A DNA stretch of 51,614 bases, filler included, from Bipalium vagum (lineage: Eukaryota), in the NCBI GenBank assembly GCA_037834085.1. It is 3 parts of 3 records of this genome, joined end to end, with 100 filler letters (N's around TTAATTAATTAA, not from the genome) between each part and the next. Parts side by side here need not be neighbours in the genome. Positions count along the whole stretch, not along the records: positions 35,163 to 51,614 come from JBBMKC010110807.1; 2 more parts are not named here. One strand, written 5' to 3'. The notes under the pieces were generated by a model, which had not been told where the DNA came from, did no database searches, and saw only the letters and a list, made by a program, of their open reading frames with translations. Shown in pieces: positions 38,601 to 51,614 of this stretch. A program made the position numbers and the translations under genes. Every line of letters begins with the position of its first letter. Position 1 is the stretch's first letter.

Positions 38601-39849
38601 GAGAGCATTCCTAAGTAACTAATGATTCAAACAATATCATTCCTCTGAAAAAACCCCATGGTCTACTTTATTGATTTTCTAATTTATTTTAATTTCATAA
38701 ATTTTTCATTTTTAAAATAATTTTAAAATTTCGTTACCCCTCTCCCCTTTTTTTTCAACAATATGACATGGGATTTGTAATATAAAATTAAATATAATAT
38801 ATTTCTTTTGATATTACGATATATAAATAAATAATTGAGATAGACCAGGTTTCAATTATAGATAATAGATTATTGTACCATGCCTTAATAAAGTAAAATG
38901 AACAAATGAAAAAAATTTTATTAATGTTAATCTTTTTATTGATGAAAATTTTTTTAATGCATATAAAATATAAAATAATTTTCCCAGTTTCACACAGAAA
39001 CACCGGAACGTGATAAATGAAGATATAAAAAAGAACTCGCCAATTTGAAGTCATCTTAATGTTTGTTTTAATGGAGAAAATTGAGAATAAATACGTTTAA
39101 AAGATTTTTGAAGCCGTTTTATTTTTAAAAGTTGATAAAATTTTGAGAAAAAATTAATCAGCGAAATTTTTTTATTTCCCGAAATATTTTTTAATTTTAT
39201 CTATTTTTTATTATTTTAACCAAATACGACTTACTTTTTAAAAGAGTTTGCTTTAACCAATTTCATTCCATAAGCTCCGTTTGGAAATGTCCCGTTATAT
39301 TGAAATTTACACTTTATTTGAGAATTTTACGAAATATAAATTGAATTAAATCACCCCGGAGAGACATTATATTTTATTTGGGTACTGGTTGACTTTTACT
39401 TTGCATTTTTTCTTCTAAATTTCATCTCAAATTTGTATTGTTTTCCAATTTTCGACTTTATAACTTCAAGATGAGATTTTTTGTCTTTCCTTTATTTTTG
39501 AATTTCATGTACCGTGTTTTGAGGCACACCATTCTAAATAAAATTAACTAAAATAAGTGATTTTCCGTGGTAATTTTCTAATTGTAAAGATATTATTATG
39601 ATAAGGTTTCCACGATCCCAAAATGGGACTAGTCCTAAACTTTAATTTTTATGAAAGTTATACATAGTCTTAATAGGTCCTATATCAACTATTATACACT
39701 AAGTAAATCAAATTTCTTTGCCCTCTTGGATTCTGGAATTAAATGAATTATGATCATATACAAATCAATAAAACAAAAATAAATCAAAAAAAGTAATTTT
39801 AAAGTTTACGTGATCTAATAGAGTTTTTATGCATTTCGATCTGCTGCAA

Positions 39850-40282
39850 CCTGATAAAACAATAACATGGGTGTGTATTGTACTAAATTGGAGAAATTCA
39901 AAGATGAAATTGAAAAATTATTCTTCATCAGGATAATTCACGAATATATACCGGAAAGAAGAGTCCAGATGATTACCAATTTTGAATAGGAACTCTCATC
40001 TCATCCTCCTTACAGTCTGAGCATTGCATCTTCTGACTACCATTTGTTTCAGCCAATACAACATTTCTTCGTAGCTAAAATTACACTCTTCTTATAAAGC
40101 TATAAATACTCTCATACAACAATTTTTCAATTTCAAGCCAGTATATTTTTACAAAGATGACACCATGAAATTACTTTGTAAGCATTCTAGTGAAACATGG
40201 TCCCTTTTTCTGTATCATTTTTTGTTCAATGAGTTCAATGTTTTCCGAAAAAAACGATATAACTTATGTGTCGACCTGATAA
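39850..40282 (+). mobile_element. mariner 3' remnant
   Basis: FFIRII/HQDNSR, HPPYSLSIASSDYHLFQPIQHFF and a TIR-like end AACTTATGTGTCGACCTGATA. Confidence 0.7.
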
Positions 40283-41207
40283 TTATTTCATTCAAACATG
40301 AACATTTTACAAGCTTGACAAACGATTCCGATTAGGTAATGAAAACAATTAAACGATAAAATAAATTATAAATACACATTTGTTTTATTTTCCTTAAACA
40401 AAAAGGAATTTAGCAATCTTTACCAATACATGTGTGACATAACCAAATAGAAAAATCCTGGCTTCTATATTTGTTCTTTTATAATAATTTGGAAAACCCT
40501 CTCGAATTTTTCTCTTATGCCCATCATGACGAATGACAAATTTTATATTATAAAAAGGATGGCGGTTTCCTATATTGACGTCAACCGATTTTCACCATAC
40601 CCATCTAATTATGAGGCTGTCCGTTTAAAAATTCTCCTGTCATCATAGAATGATTTTCGGTCAATCTCCTCTCAATCTTCACAAGTTGAGATAAGCTTTT
40701 CTTAATCCAATTTAAAATGATTTTCCTCTTTCGATAATATTATATTTTTTCTTTCAATAATTTCCGAATTGTGGGAATAGTTGGAATACTAAAGTTAAAT
40801 TTATAAAAGCTTTTTAGGAAAATAATTCCGCAAAAAATAATATAAATAAAAATTATTTGAATCAGTAAATAAAAAAATCCTCAGAAAATGTTAGATTATT
40901 GTGCCACAGCGCCAGAGATACCGCTACATTTGGATGTTGGTCATACCATGGTTGTAAAGTTGTTACAAAAAAGCTGCATATTCAGTTCCCCAATGACTTG
41001 TTAGAAAAGAACATTTTTGATGAAAAAACTCAATCTGAGGGACTTTGGTTGGGAATTAATCTAGGGTGATAGATAGCATCAAGTTGCTTTTTTAAGAAAA
41101 TAGAAAAAATAGAAACGCGTGTCCGTTAAAAAGTGCACAATATTTTACGGGCCATTTTGATTAACATAGAAACAAAAATTGTTGTGATTACTTACGTTTT
41201 TGATATA

Positions 41208-42410
41208 CGTGGTTCCTTCAATAATGCCTTGGACTGACTAAGAAAAAACATGATAAACCAATCAAGCCAATTGGCTTGAACACCTACACGTATGTTTGCT
41301 TATATGCATAAATTAAATAATCTGGTTGGCTAGAGTATAATTCATAAACTAAATCACATTTCATTTTTTGTCAAATGGATGAGGTGGAATACAGAAGTGT
41401 GATAAAATTATATGTGCTTTTAGAGAAGTCGTCTGATGTAATATTTCCTGATATGGTAATTGCATATGGCAACAAATGTCCTTCTAGATCCACAATATTT
41501 CGTGGGATATCATTTATCAAGCATGGCCGTGAAAGTGTGCACCAGGATTATTCCAATGTTGGCAAACCAACTGAAATTTCCGATCAGAAAATTACGCAAT
41601 CTGAAGCGATTATTCGAGCTGAAAGACGAATTAAGATGGGCGAATTTGCTGAATTACTTAAAATAAGTGTTGGCAGTTGTCACAACATCATTGGGAAATT
41701 AGGCTATCACAAATTATGCTCACGATTTATTCCAAAATTTCTGTCTCCTGAAATGAAGGAAATGCGCTCCAACTGCACATTGTCAAATTTGCAACTGTCG
41801 AATCAATACGGTAATGCATTTATTAATATTATTGTTACTGAGGACAAGAAACCTATTTCTTTATACATACATGAGACCAAACGGGAATCATCTGAATGGA
41901 AACATGTAGAAGAGAAATCTCCTCTGAAGTTGAGGAGGGGCACCTCCGTCGAAAATAACTGATGCTCTCAGTGTTTTGGGACAAAGTGAAGTCATTCATC
42001 TAGACTTCTTCCCTAATGGTCAATACTATGCCAAATTGGTTGAGGAATGCCGTGCAAAGAAACGGAAATCAAGAAATGTTCCACTTTGGCTCCTTGTTGA
42101 TAATGCTCCTGTCCATGCAAGCAATGTTGCACGATGTTCAACAGAAAAGAGTGGCTTTGCACTTCTCCAACATCCAGCTTACAGCCCGGACCTTGCTCCG
42201 AGCGATTTCTTTTTGTTCAAGCACCTGAAGAAAGCATTACAAGGCCAACATTTTGAGACATCAGATGCCCTCCAGTAATTGGTTGAACAGTGGTTTGTAG
42301 AGCTTCCTGGAAATTTTTATGCTGATGCATTTAAAGATATGGTTATTCCATGGAATAAGCTGGTTGTGTTGTGTTTTTTCTTAGTTAGTCCAAGGCATTA
42401 TTCAACGAAC
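41208..42410 (+). mobile_element. Near full-length mariner (DD34D) with a disrupted transposase
   Basis: ~45-bp terminal inverted repeats (TIRs): GTTCCTTCAATAATGCCTTGGACTGACTAAGAAAAAACA on the left and its near-reverse complement at ~42370-42410. TA at 41206-41207. Confidence 0.92.
41375..42360 (+). pseudogene. Mariner transposase pseudogene with frameshifts/stops near 41960 and 42278
   Basis: HTH N-terminus, SRFIPKFL (WVPR-like), IVTED, LLVDNAPVH and HPAYSPDLAPSD, with exactly 34 residues between the second and third catalytic D. Confidence 0.92.
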
Positions 42411-45400
42411 AATTCAAACATGTCAACTCGACATCTAGACATAATAAATTGCTATAAAAATCACACGAAACCTGAGACTGTGAAACAGTTTACCGGGTTC
42501 TATTTTTGAAGACGAGTAATATATTCCATCATAGAACGTTATGAGAAGATTGAAAACTTTGAAAGAAAACCGGAAATGAAAGGAAAGCCTTAAAAATGAG
42601 CACAAAAAAGAAGTAACGACTTTAAAGAGTGTCCCAGCATCAGCAAATCGGAATGTCAGGAAATTAGCTCAAAATTTTAATATTTCCAAATCTTATGTGC
42701 ATGATATCTTGAAAAAAAAGAACCACGTTGTATTTAGAAAGAGAAAAGAAGCTCCAAAAGTTTCAATAGCACAGATTCTCCGTCAGAAATGTCTTTTGCG
42801 ATTACTGTCCGAAATTGTGATGAATATAAAAAGACGCACTTTGTGCTTGATGATTTTTACTTTGGCAGGAGCCCAAAATGTTTCTTCAATGTTTATACTC
42901 TGCCAACAATAAAGTGCTTGACAGCATCCGACTGAAGTTCCTTCAGAAATTCTCTTCAAAGATTTTCGTTTTGGCCGCTATTTCGAAACGAGGAGTTTTT
43001 GATTTTTGTATCAGAAAATCTAACGTAGAAGCCCTGAACACTGAGATATATATCAAAGAGTGCTTAACCAAGCATCTTAATGAGAAATACACAACTGGTC
43101 ACTTTTTATTCTGTCCGAATCTTTCTTCATTTCATCATTCAAAGAGCCAGTGACATGGCCGAAATCCCATAAAATACCATTTATAGAAAAGGGTAACAAT
43201 CCTGTATTTTCCCTATGTTACGTCCAATTGAGATTTTCTGAACTCATTTGAAGTATATGATGGTTGTTGGATAGCCAATTCCCGGATCAGTTAATTCGTA
43301 GGATCAAAGTAAAGGTGAAACTCTTTGACAATTTATACTTCCTGAACTTATTTTCACACCTTACTGACAAAAACATGTTTGAATGTTCTAATGGTTGAAC
43401 AGCTTGATCTAGCGTCAGTGCCATTATTAAAATGTTATGTTATTTTGTGTTAAATTTCATTTTGTTCTGTTGTATAATATAAATTTTATAGCAATTTCAA
43501 GACATGTCCACTTTTTGAAAAAGACACACATTATACTATAAATACTGAGACATTTCAGTATGAAATTTCCCAAAATAATCTTAGGGGAAAAGCGAAACAT
43601 TAAAAGAGCTTACCAAAGAAAACAATGTAAACGGTGTAACAGTCAAAAGCAGGAAAAGTAGACTGATGATCGAAACAGAAATAAAGTCCAGTCGAAAGCT
43701 GGCGATTTACTAACAGAAATCGAAAACATACTAAAAAATGTATTCATAAAATTGTTTTTTACTTTTTATTCTAAATCTAAAATAAACGATCATTAAATAA
43801 CTAAAATTTATATAAATAGTTGGTTTCACAACTGTTCTTATGTGAACCGTTATCAAAATAATTAATTAACTAAATAATATAGTAATGTCCAGGTTAGAAA
43901 CAATTATTTGTCTACGAATTATACGTCCTTAATCAATAATTAATATGAATAAATACTAAAAGTTGGATCAGTAATCCCAACACTTTTAGGTTAAATAATT
44001 GAACTTTTTATTTTTTTTATTTCTTTGCGTTTTCTTTTTGTGTTCATCACGTTAAGACTCCGAACAAAATTTTTATCTGAAGGCTCTTGACAGTAGATAC
44101 CGAACGGTATTCTGTCTTTTAACTTTAACTATCTTTAACTTTCTTTTAACCTTCTTCTCTGGGTTCTGTCTTAGAGTAAAACATTTGTACCAATAATAAT
44201 AATAATAATAATAATTGCAGAAATTTACTAAAACTTTTAAAGTTGGAGTTATATCTGACATTTCCATTTGTTGTTTAAATTTCAAATTATTGCTTAAATC
44301 ATAAACTTTTATACTCAATTCAGTTTTACCAAAAATTTTGTGTCAATTTAAAATAATTTATGCCAACCTTTAAGAAAACTCTACACTTTAAATATTGAAT
44401 TTTAATATTTTAAAGAATCTACTGGGGTTAAGCGTAAATAAATCTTTCTGATACAATCAGTTTAGGTTAAGTAACCAAACTCTCTTACATCAATTCACAT
44501 CACAAATTCTAAAACTTAATAATTGAATGATCATGTATCATAGTATACTCACTACATCACATTATTGGCTGAAAGAGCATTCGAACAAATTAATTATTTG
44601 GTACGACCAAATCAAAAAAAAATAATAATAATAATAACAATAATAGTGATCGATAGAACCTCTAAACAATACACTTTTTCTTCGAAAGCTTTGGTGTAGC
44701 AATTGTTTAAAAAATGGACGTGTAAAAAGGCTAAGATTTAATTTAAGGTACTTTAATACCAAGTCACAACCAATTTGATATAATATTTCAACACGAATTT
44801 TTTACCACCTGTTCAAGTTAAGTCCCTACATTTCACCATTTCATATCACAACTCCAGATTCTAAGGGACTTTAGCAAACTATCAATATCAAGTCAAGAGA
44901 GATTACAATGAATGAAGTTTTTGTATATTATTTATTGTTATAATTCTCATTAAAGCATAAATTTATTTATAAAGCTTATTTGTAAATATACTTTTGAAAT
45001 GTATCAATTTTAGAAACATTACAAAAAGTATCACTCTCAACTGTAATTGAAAAATTCTTAGGGTCAAAACAATATAAAATATTAATATATTATAGCGACA
45101 AACATAAGCTGGGTGGAGATATTGTTTTAATAATCGAAAAATAAGACCTTGACAGCATTAATTAACTCCCGTTGAAATTTAATTACAATTTGGTGTATTA
45201 GTTTAGTTTGACTCAAAATTTTCTTTTTCATTTCATTTATAAATTACAAAATCACAATTTTCGACAATCCTCATGAAAGTCAGAGTCAGGCTGTGATTTT
45301 TAAAATCTAAAGTTTCCGTCATAATTTTCGAATCCATTCTAAAGCTTGGGGCTTAAGTTCCATATCGTTAAGTAATTCTTTCAAATTCAAAATTATTTCT

Positions 45401-46499
45401 GTCATTTCTTTTCAAAAGAATCAAAGTGATTTTGGAAATAAGAGTTATGACAAAAAATGCACCATTCTTTGAGATTATGATATTTCGAATCTGGGATAAA
45501 TAAATGTCATAAAAATACAAAATATCTTTTTGTTTGGTTGGCCCATTATTATTTATACTTTAAGAGAAAATCTTGATGAGAAAATAAGTTTTTCTCAATG
45601 GGTTCAAGAGAATCATTAGTTTATTTAGGTGTTACACAAAATTATTTTTTGAATCACAAATATAACCAAAATTCAAAAAAAAAAGCTAATCAAAACTTGA
45701 TCAAATGAAGCTGGGTGTTGATGAAGATCCATCTAAAATATTCTGATAATTTTAATTTTATTTCTCTGATTTCCTCAGACAGTTCAACAGTAATATTATT
45801 GCAATTTTGCATTTTATTCGAAAAAATTGGGCAGCACTTGTGTAAATAATAAAAAATAATCGAATAATTTCAAAAAAACTAAAACAATATTGAAAAAAAT
45901 CACAAATTTCCACCTTTCTTTTCATTTCAGTTCTATTATTACATAAACAGATAAAATCCTGGAACTTTGTTTCAAATCAATAAATTTTGAAACATTAAAG
46001 TAACCCATTTCTTTTGAAATCTATTATTATAAACTTTCGTCTCACCAGTGCTGACATAATTGCTTAGCAAAACCAGGAACCGAGTTTTAACGTAAAAAAC
46101 CAAAAAAATTATTTCAAAAATCATCTTGTCATTATGATTAGACGGCGAACAGTACCTCATTTTCTGAAAGATTTACTCCCATAAGTGGAAAAACAATTTA
46201 AAATAATTAATTAATAAAAATATTTAATTAAAAAATTATATGCCATAAAAATATAATTCAGGAAAGATTCAAGTGCAAGTCAATAAGAAGCATCCATGAT
46301 TTTTGAAATTTTAATGTGTTAAAAACAAACAGAAAACATGAGAAAATGATCCATTATTCTAAAGGATACAAAGATTGCGTAATAATAAGGTCCTGTCAGC
46401 CAACTATGTTAAATGACCGTAATCAATAAATTATATACAATGCCAAAAAACAAAGTTTTAACAAGATAAATATATTCATAAAACATTTTTACAAAATTT

Positions 46500-49400
46500 T
46501 CAACTCGACGACGAACGGCGGAACAATTCGTTGAAACCTATCACATCCCAATGGGCCTGGTTCTGAATGTATATATAGTTCTTGTCAAAGCATATCTGAT
46601 CCCTTTCACCGAACCGATAAATTTGGTAGTCGCCCTTATAGAACTTCTGCGCCAGAGGATAAAAGCAAATCCCACTGGCGTGCGCTAGATTTTCAATATT
46701 TTCCCGAATCGACGTTGACTCTCCATCGGTTGTACTGAGAGCAGCGCTTATCATTTGTCCTTGGCCCTCTAAAACTCTGTGCTGATCAAAATAATGCGCT
46801 TGCTGCCCTTTCCTGGAGCTGGCCATCAGACGAATGGCCTCCTTCTTAATCGATTTCACACTGGGCAACTCACTTATCTCAAACGGCAACTGGCTCATCC
46901 AGCCTTTGTACCACAACCCAATTTCCTGATAGGCTTCCATCGACCGCGAAAGATTGGCTTGATTTAGCCAAGAAGCTAAAATTTGCATCCATCTCGGAAA
47001 GAAGTCCTTCATCAGCATATCTTCTAAACATTGGGGCGGTAACAAATCGGCCCACTTCATGACCCAATTCCACTGTTCCAAATCTTGTCTAGATGGATCG
47101 ATCTGCACAAGAGTTTTGTGATTATTTTCGAAAATAGTTACATTTTAACATGTTTAGTTTTATTTCTTTTTCTCTTTCTCAATCAATTTTTGTTCAATGA
47201 ATTATTTATCATTTAAGAAACATTTTAATTAATTTTGAAAAACAGCTTGGTAAAATAAATTTTAAAATTTTTTTTCAGAAAATCAATTAATTCATAATTT
47301 GTTTTAAGAAATATTTTCAAAGAGAACCGAAATAAAACGAAACGGAACTAAACAATCTCACCTTGATTTGTCTGATAACAGAAGTCAATTTAGGCTCGAT
47401 ATATTTCTTGAGGAAAGCATACATATTCTGAGGAGCGAAGACCGTCCGCCACGGCAGCAAAATAGCATGGGCCGAATCGTCACTGGGATGCCAGGTGTTG
47501 AGACAAATGCCGAGCTTGTAACGGACGGTTTCGTAAATCGGCTTCAGACTGTCTCCCAAATAAACGATCCATGGATGAAGCCAGCTGTGAATGGGAATCG
47601 TATCCTGGCACGGGTTCCAACTGTCGACGGCCGCTGTGAGCTTGACTACGATGACATTGTGCAGCAACTCGTTGAGCATTGTCTCTGGAATGTGAGGTCG
47701 CCATCCGTCTAGTAGATTGATGAGCGTGGTCGGCTTGTGTGGGTTCCATTCGTATTGGATGGCCTGCTTGAGAATTGGTAGCCACGTCACTCGGAAAAGC
47801 TGCTCGAACACGAACGTGTCCAGCACGTCCTGGCATGTGATAAAGAACTCGATGCCCTTGAACGGTTGATCCAATGGCTTCCAATTACGCGTCACTGCTG
47901 TCAGCAAAGGGCGGCCGATCGCAATTATGATCTGGGGATACTTTTTGCACCGGATCCTGGCCTCCTCGATCCACAGGACGAACTCGTTGACATTGTACGG
48001 ATCGTAGCTGTTCATCTTTTCCTCGAACTTGTCCAAAAAGTTCAGGGCATTCTCGATTTCCTGGGTCTCGTTTGATTCCATTTGAGTGATCTGAACGAAA
48101 GGTCAATCGTTAATCGATATAAAGGAAAAATAAGCGACAATCCATAGCTTCACCACTCTCCCAGAACACACTGGATGAGGGACGGAGGAAATGATATCGA
48201 TTTTGTTTTTGTAATACAAAAAATCAATCATTGTCCATTGAAAATTTCTTATTCTCAATGTACCACCTTTTGCTTATCGATACCATCCTTTTGGCTAGTC
48301 CATTATTATTACCATTATTGATTATTGATTTTTTTTCATTATTATTTTTTTCCTTATTATGAATCTTTTAAAAGTTTCCTTTACAATCCCAATTACCACA
48401 AAATACACATCAATCGATAAATCGACATTAAATAATCTATAAAGTCTACCTTACTTTATTGAGCTTTTCAATGTCACCGGTAACGGTTGATTTTGTGTCT
48501 GAGTGCTCATTGAGCAGGTTTTTATTGATCAGCAATTGATCGGTTATGTCTTTGAGAATCATGTCCAGATTCTTCATCAACGAATTAGCACTGAATCTTA
48601 ACTCCTTGTGCGCTGCCAAATGCAAGTCCTGCCACGACTGGTTCGGCTTCATTTGGTTCTGTGCTGCGCGACTCTGGAACGATCCATCTTCATCTCCACC
48701 AGGTCGATGTTTGTAAAGATTCTGATAGCCCGTATAGACTTTGACCTCGCTCGTCGACATGTCGATTATTTTTACTTTTGACGAAGCACTATCAATAAAT
48801 TGATGAAGTTTTATTTTTTAAAAAATGATAATACTATAAAATTAATGTTGCTGAAATTTTTTGTTATAAAATCGATAATTTTAATTTTAATAAAAATCGA
48901 TGGTATGAAAATTAATTTTAATTGAATTATTAATTTTATGATCGATAAAAATTAAATTTTAATTAAAATTCGATAATATTCACTTATTTTTAACACGATC
49001 AATGAATAGATAATTTTAAAATTAAATTAGATTGAATTGATTAATTACCTATCAGTGTCGGTAATATGCTTGTAGCCGACCTTCTTCGGATCGTACTGCG
49101 ATTCGTTTATGATCTGGTCGAACGTTTTATATTCAGTTTTGATAGTTTTGCTGTCAATTTTATACTGTCCTTTGCCGGCTGGAAAAGAAATAGATAAAAA
49201 ACGAGGTCGAAAGACCGGGTAAAGGAGAAAACAAAGAAGAGTAACAAAACCATACCTTTGGAATCATTGCTTTCTGTAACGATCTTGGTAGACTGCTTGA
49301 TTTCCTCAGCTGTCAACGGCTTCGAGAGCTTCTCCGACCCGTAAAATCCGACGGAGCCTTTTCCCGGTTTCCTTTGAACGGCCTCGATCGGAGTGACGAT

Positions 49401-49953
49401 CCCCTTTCCACTCGGCCCCAGTCCCTTACCCGGCTCATAGCCCATTTTCTGCATCATTTTTGTTCCAAATCCTTTTGTATTTTTCTCCCAACTAGCAAAT
49501 CCCGACAACGCCTGTTTCACAGAACTGGTCTTCGGTTTTTTGTTTGTTGGTTTCTTCTCGTCTTCTCGTGATCGTTTTCGGTTGTTGTTGTATACGTCAT
49601 CGTTATCACTGTCGTCCATTTCTACCACTGCAATGTCGTCATCAGAATCGTCGTTTTCGTCTTTGACATTTGTACCGCCCTTAATTGTTCTTCAGTCAAC
49701 TTCGAGTACAATAAATATCAAGTTATACTTTTACACCACCGCTAACAAAATTAATAGGTTTTTGAAAGTCGGTTTCTCTTGTTAGCTTTTTATTTTTGCG
49801 ATATTTAAATTCCGTTTCATCTGACGATGAATCGCTTGATAAGAATACTCCGTATGTGGCTTGTTTTTTGGTAATTTTCCTTCTTTGACCATAGGGATTC
49901 ATCATGAATTCTCGATCATAGTCGGATATGTCAAAACTTTCACAATCAGACAT
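46500..49953 (-). CDS. TFIP11: Tuftelin-interacting protein 11 (Ntr1/Spp382 homologue; G-patch and GCFC domains), 6-exon model
   Basis: Contains a TIP_N-like N-terminus (ESFDISDYD...NP...KKQATYGVF...PINFVSGG), a G-patch (WEKNTKGFGTKMMQKMGYEPGKGLGPSGKGIVTPI), KVKIIDM..EVKVYTGY and GCFC motifs (WNPCQDTIPIHSWLHPW, WHPSDDSA, FFPRWMQILASWL, WYKGW). Approximate exons: 49953-49729, 49679-49256, 49179-49049, 48789-48451, 48090-47363, 47102-46500. Confidence 0.95.
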
Positions 49954-51054
49954 TTTTAACAGATAATAAATTATTCAATTGTATTATATTATGATTTTAA
50001 ATATTTAATGTGAATAACATTAACCTAGTAAATATTATTCAAATTTTATTAAAAAAATGTCTATATTTAAACAAAGATGTTGATATGTTCAACATGAAAA
50101 ATAATTATAATATATATTTAAAATTATATACTGTAAAACCTGAAATACTACATACGGAAATTCGCTAAAAACCTAAAGAGAAATGATTTTTCATAATTTT
50201 AATAAAAAAACACCCATGGTCTACTAACACTGAAACAAATGAAAACTCATTGGAAATTCTTTCAGGTTTTAGAGAATAAAAATGCAAATCAATGAAATTT
50301 ATATTTTAAAAGGAAATTATCAAGAAATTAATTTGATTAAGTTCATTAAGAACTTCAAAAAAAGATAGATTACAATTGGAACTTTTTAATATTACGGATA
50401 AACAAGACGTATACTTAAAAGTAGAAAAACCCGGAAATTTGTTGGAACATTTTATATTTTGTAAATTATTTTTATTGTTAAATTGATTATTTTGCTTTCT
50501 TCATTAACATCAACCCTTATTGAGAGGAAAGATAACAATTTGTTACGCTATTAAACTACTATGAATCTTGTCGTAAAACTGACCTCGTCAAGTTTACTGA
50601 CCCCCTCAAAAATCAAAAAATGAGGACGTAAATGAATGAATCAAAACAACTACAAATAACACTATTACCAAAGTTACAACCACAATGTCTCACTAAAGGT
50701 TAATAATCAAATCAAATTGTCAATAAAATGTTTACGATCACAATCGTAAAAGTTAAATGATTCTACAACATTAAGAAAAAAAACAATCAATAATCAAATA
50801 ATATCAATTAAATAAAAATTTTAATTAATAGAATCAATTTTTTAATCAAAATGTCAATAAAGTTAACGGTTAATATTATACAGAAAAGTCAAAAGAAAAA
50901 CAATGACCCTCTCACCGATTCTGTCCGCGTAGGATTCAAATAGTGGCTTGCTGAGCCAAATCCAGTTCGCTCCAAAACCCCCTAACAGAACAAAATCCAT
51001 CGTAATCTCCTGTCGCATAATTGAGGGCATGAATATAATATTCACTGATAAAAT

Positions 51055-51230
51055 CTGACAAGTTTCTTTCTACGTACAAATATGGTTTTCTTTCGACGAA
51101 CAATTGCTTCTTCTGACGTACAAATTGTTTCCTTAAAAACTGCTTATTCTGACGTATAACTAGTTTCTGTTAAGATTGCTTCTAACGTACAAAAAGCTAC
51201 TGAAAAATTGCTTCTTCTGACCTACGAATT
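51055..51230. repeat. Degenerate ~35-bp tandem repeat with core AATTGCTTCTTCTGACGTAC
   Basis: About five imperfect copies of TGCTTCTTCTGACGTA. Confidence 0.7.
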
Positions 51231-51537
51231 CTACAAGGACTTCTTGTGGCGATCCACTGCGCACTCTAACTCCTTAAATCTTATTCTGGTCAGACGACTT
51301 ATCAGTCGTAGACAAGCTTGATTAATAGTGAAAGTCAAATCCATTTTTAGATCTTTATTCCTAAATCGACCCTTCTTGTGGACCTAGATCTAATCTTTTC
51401 AATTTAGCTTCACAATTTCAAGATTAGATCCTTTTCAGAAAATAATAAATTACTCTTCTTTATTATCAATTAAGTTTGTACTTTTTAATTCAATTATAAT
51501 TATCATTTAATTATCATTTAATTATCATTTAATTATA

Positions 51538-51539
<2 letters not shown>

Positions 51540-51614
<75 letters not shown>
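51540..51614. repeat. (ATT)n microsatellite preceded by (AATTATCATTT)n
   Basis: Seen directly in the sequence. Confidence 0.9.

Larger units (their letters stand above)
41116..43531 (+). mobile_element. Decayed DD37E-type ITm element hosting the nested mariner
   Basis: Degenerate TIRs: GTGTCCGTTAAAAAGTGCACA on the left and TGTCCACTTTTTGAAAAAGACAC on the right. Broken transposase at ~42420-43400 with KFSSKIFVLAAISKRG, IYIKECL, FLFCPNLSSFH, IPFIEKGNNP and LRPIE. Confidence 0.7.
50541..51614 (-). mobile_element. LTR-like element, family B, running off the window end
   Basis: Its left edge TGTTAC reads ...GTAACA on the minus strand, like the family A 3' end. It is homologous to 30425-30827, contains internal ~35-bp repeats and has an (ATT)n-rich 5' part like family A. 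Confidence 0.45.

Noticed and set aside
43655-43700. CTGATGA-TC-GAAAC...GTC as a minimal hammerhead ribozyme
   Set aside because: There is no stem II, stem III is only 2 bp, and the stem I flanks do not pair.
47368-48106. Overlapping ORFs (114, 134, 69 and 73 aa) as extra genes
   Set aside because: They are alternative-frame or antisense shadows of a GC-rich TFIP11 exon with no recognisable motifs.
26767-49953. Non-standard genetic code or non-canonical introns
   Set aside because: All three gene models work with the standard code and GT-AG introns. In-frame stops occur only in transposon fossils.
51055-51230. Repeat-spacer-like pattern as a CRISPR array
   Set aside because: The repeats are degenerate, the spacers are short and related to each other, there are no cas genes, and the context is eukaryotic.

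Overview
This is an AT-rich eukaryotic window, most likely from an invertebrate animal; the organism is inferred and not identified. It consists of three contigs joined by artificial 100-nt linkers (44 N + TTAATTAATTAA + 44 N) at 15563-15662 and 35063-35162. I could reconstruct three spliced host genes by hand, all on the minus strand and mostly with very short GT-AG introns (31-76 nt): ASCC2 (26767-29707), the AP endonuclease APE1/APEX1 (31233-33800) and TFIP11 (46500-49953). Almost everything else is decayed transposon sequence: mariner DD34D, Tc1 DD34E, DD37E, pogo, hAT, Chapaev3-like and possible piggyBac remnants, plus MITEs. There are two clean solo LTRs of one family, each with TG...CA ends and a 4-bp target-site duplication (TSD). 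Both carry a conserved hairpin cluster, and the copy inside an APE1 intron is antisense to the gene and has lost its TATA box. A second LTR-like family and a structured ~178-bp tandem unit are also present. I found no convincing novel multi-gene system, CRISPR array, tRNA or rRNA. Exon boundaries and alignments were read by eye.
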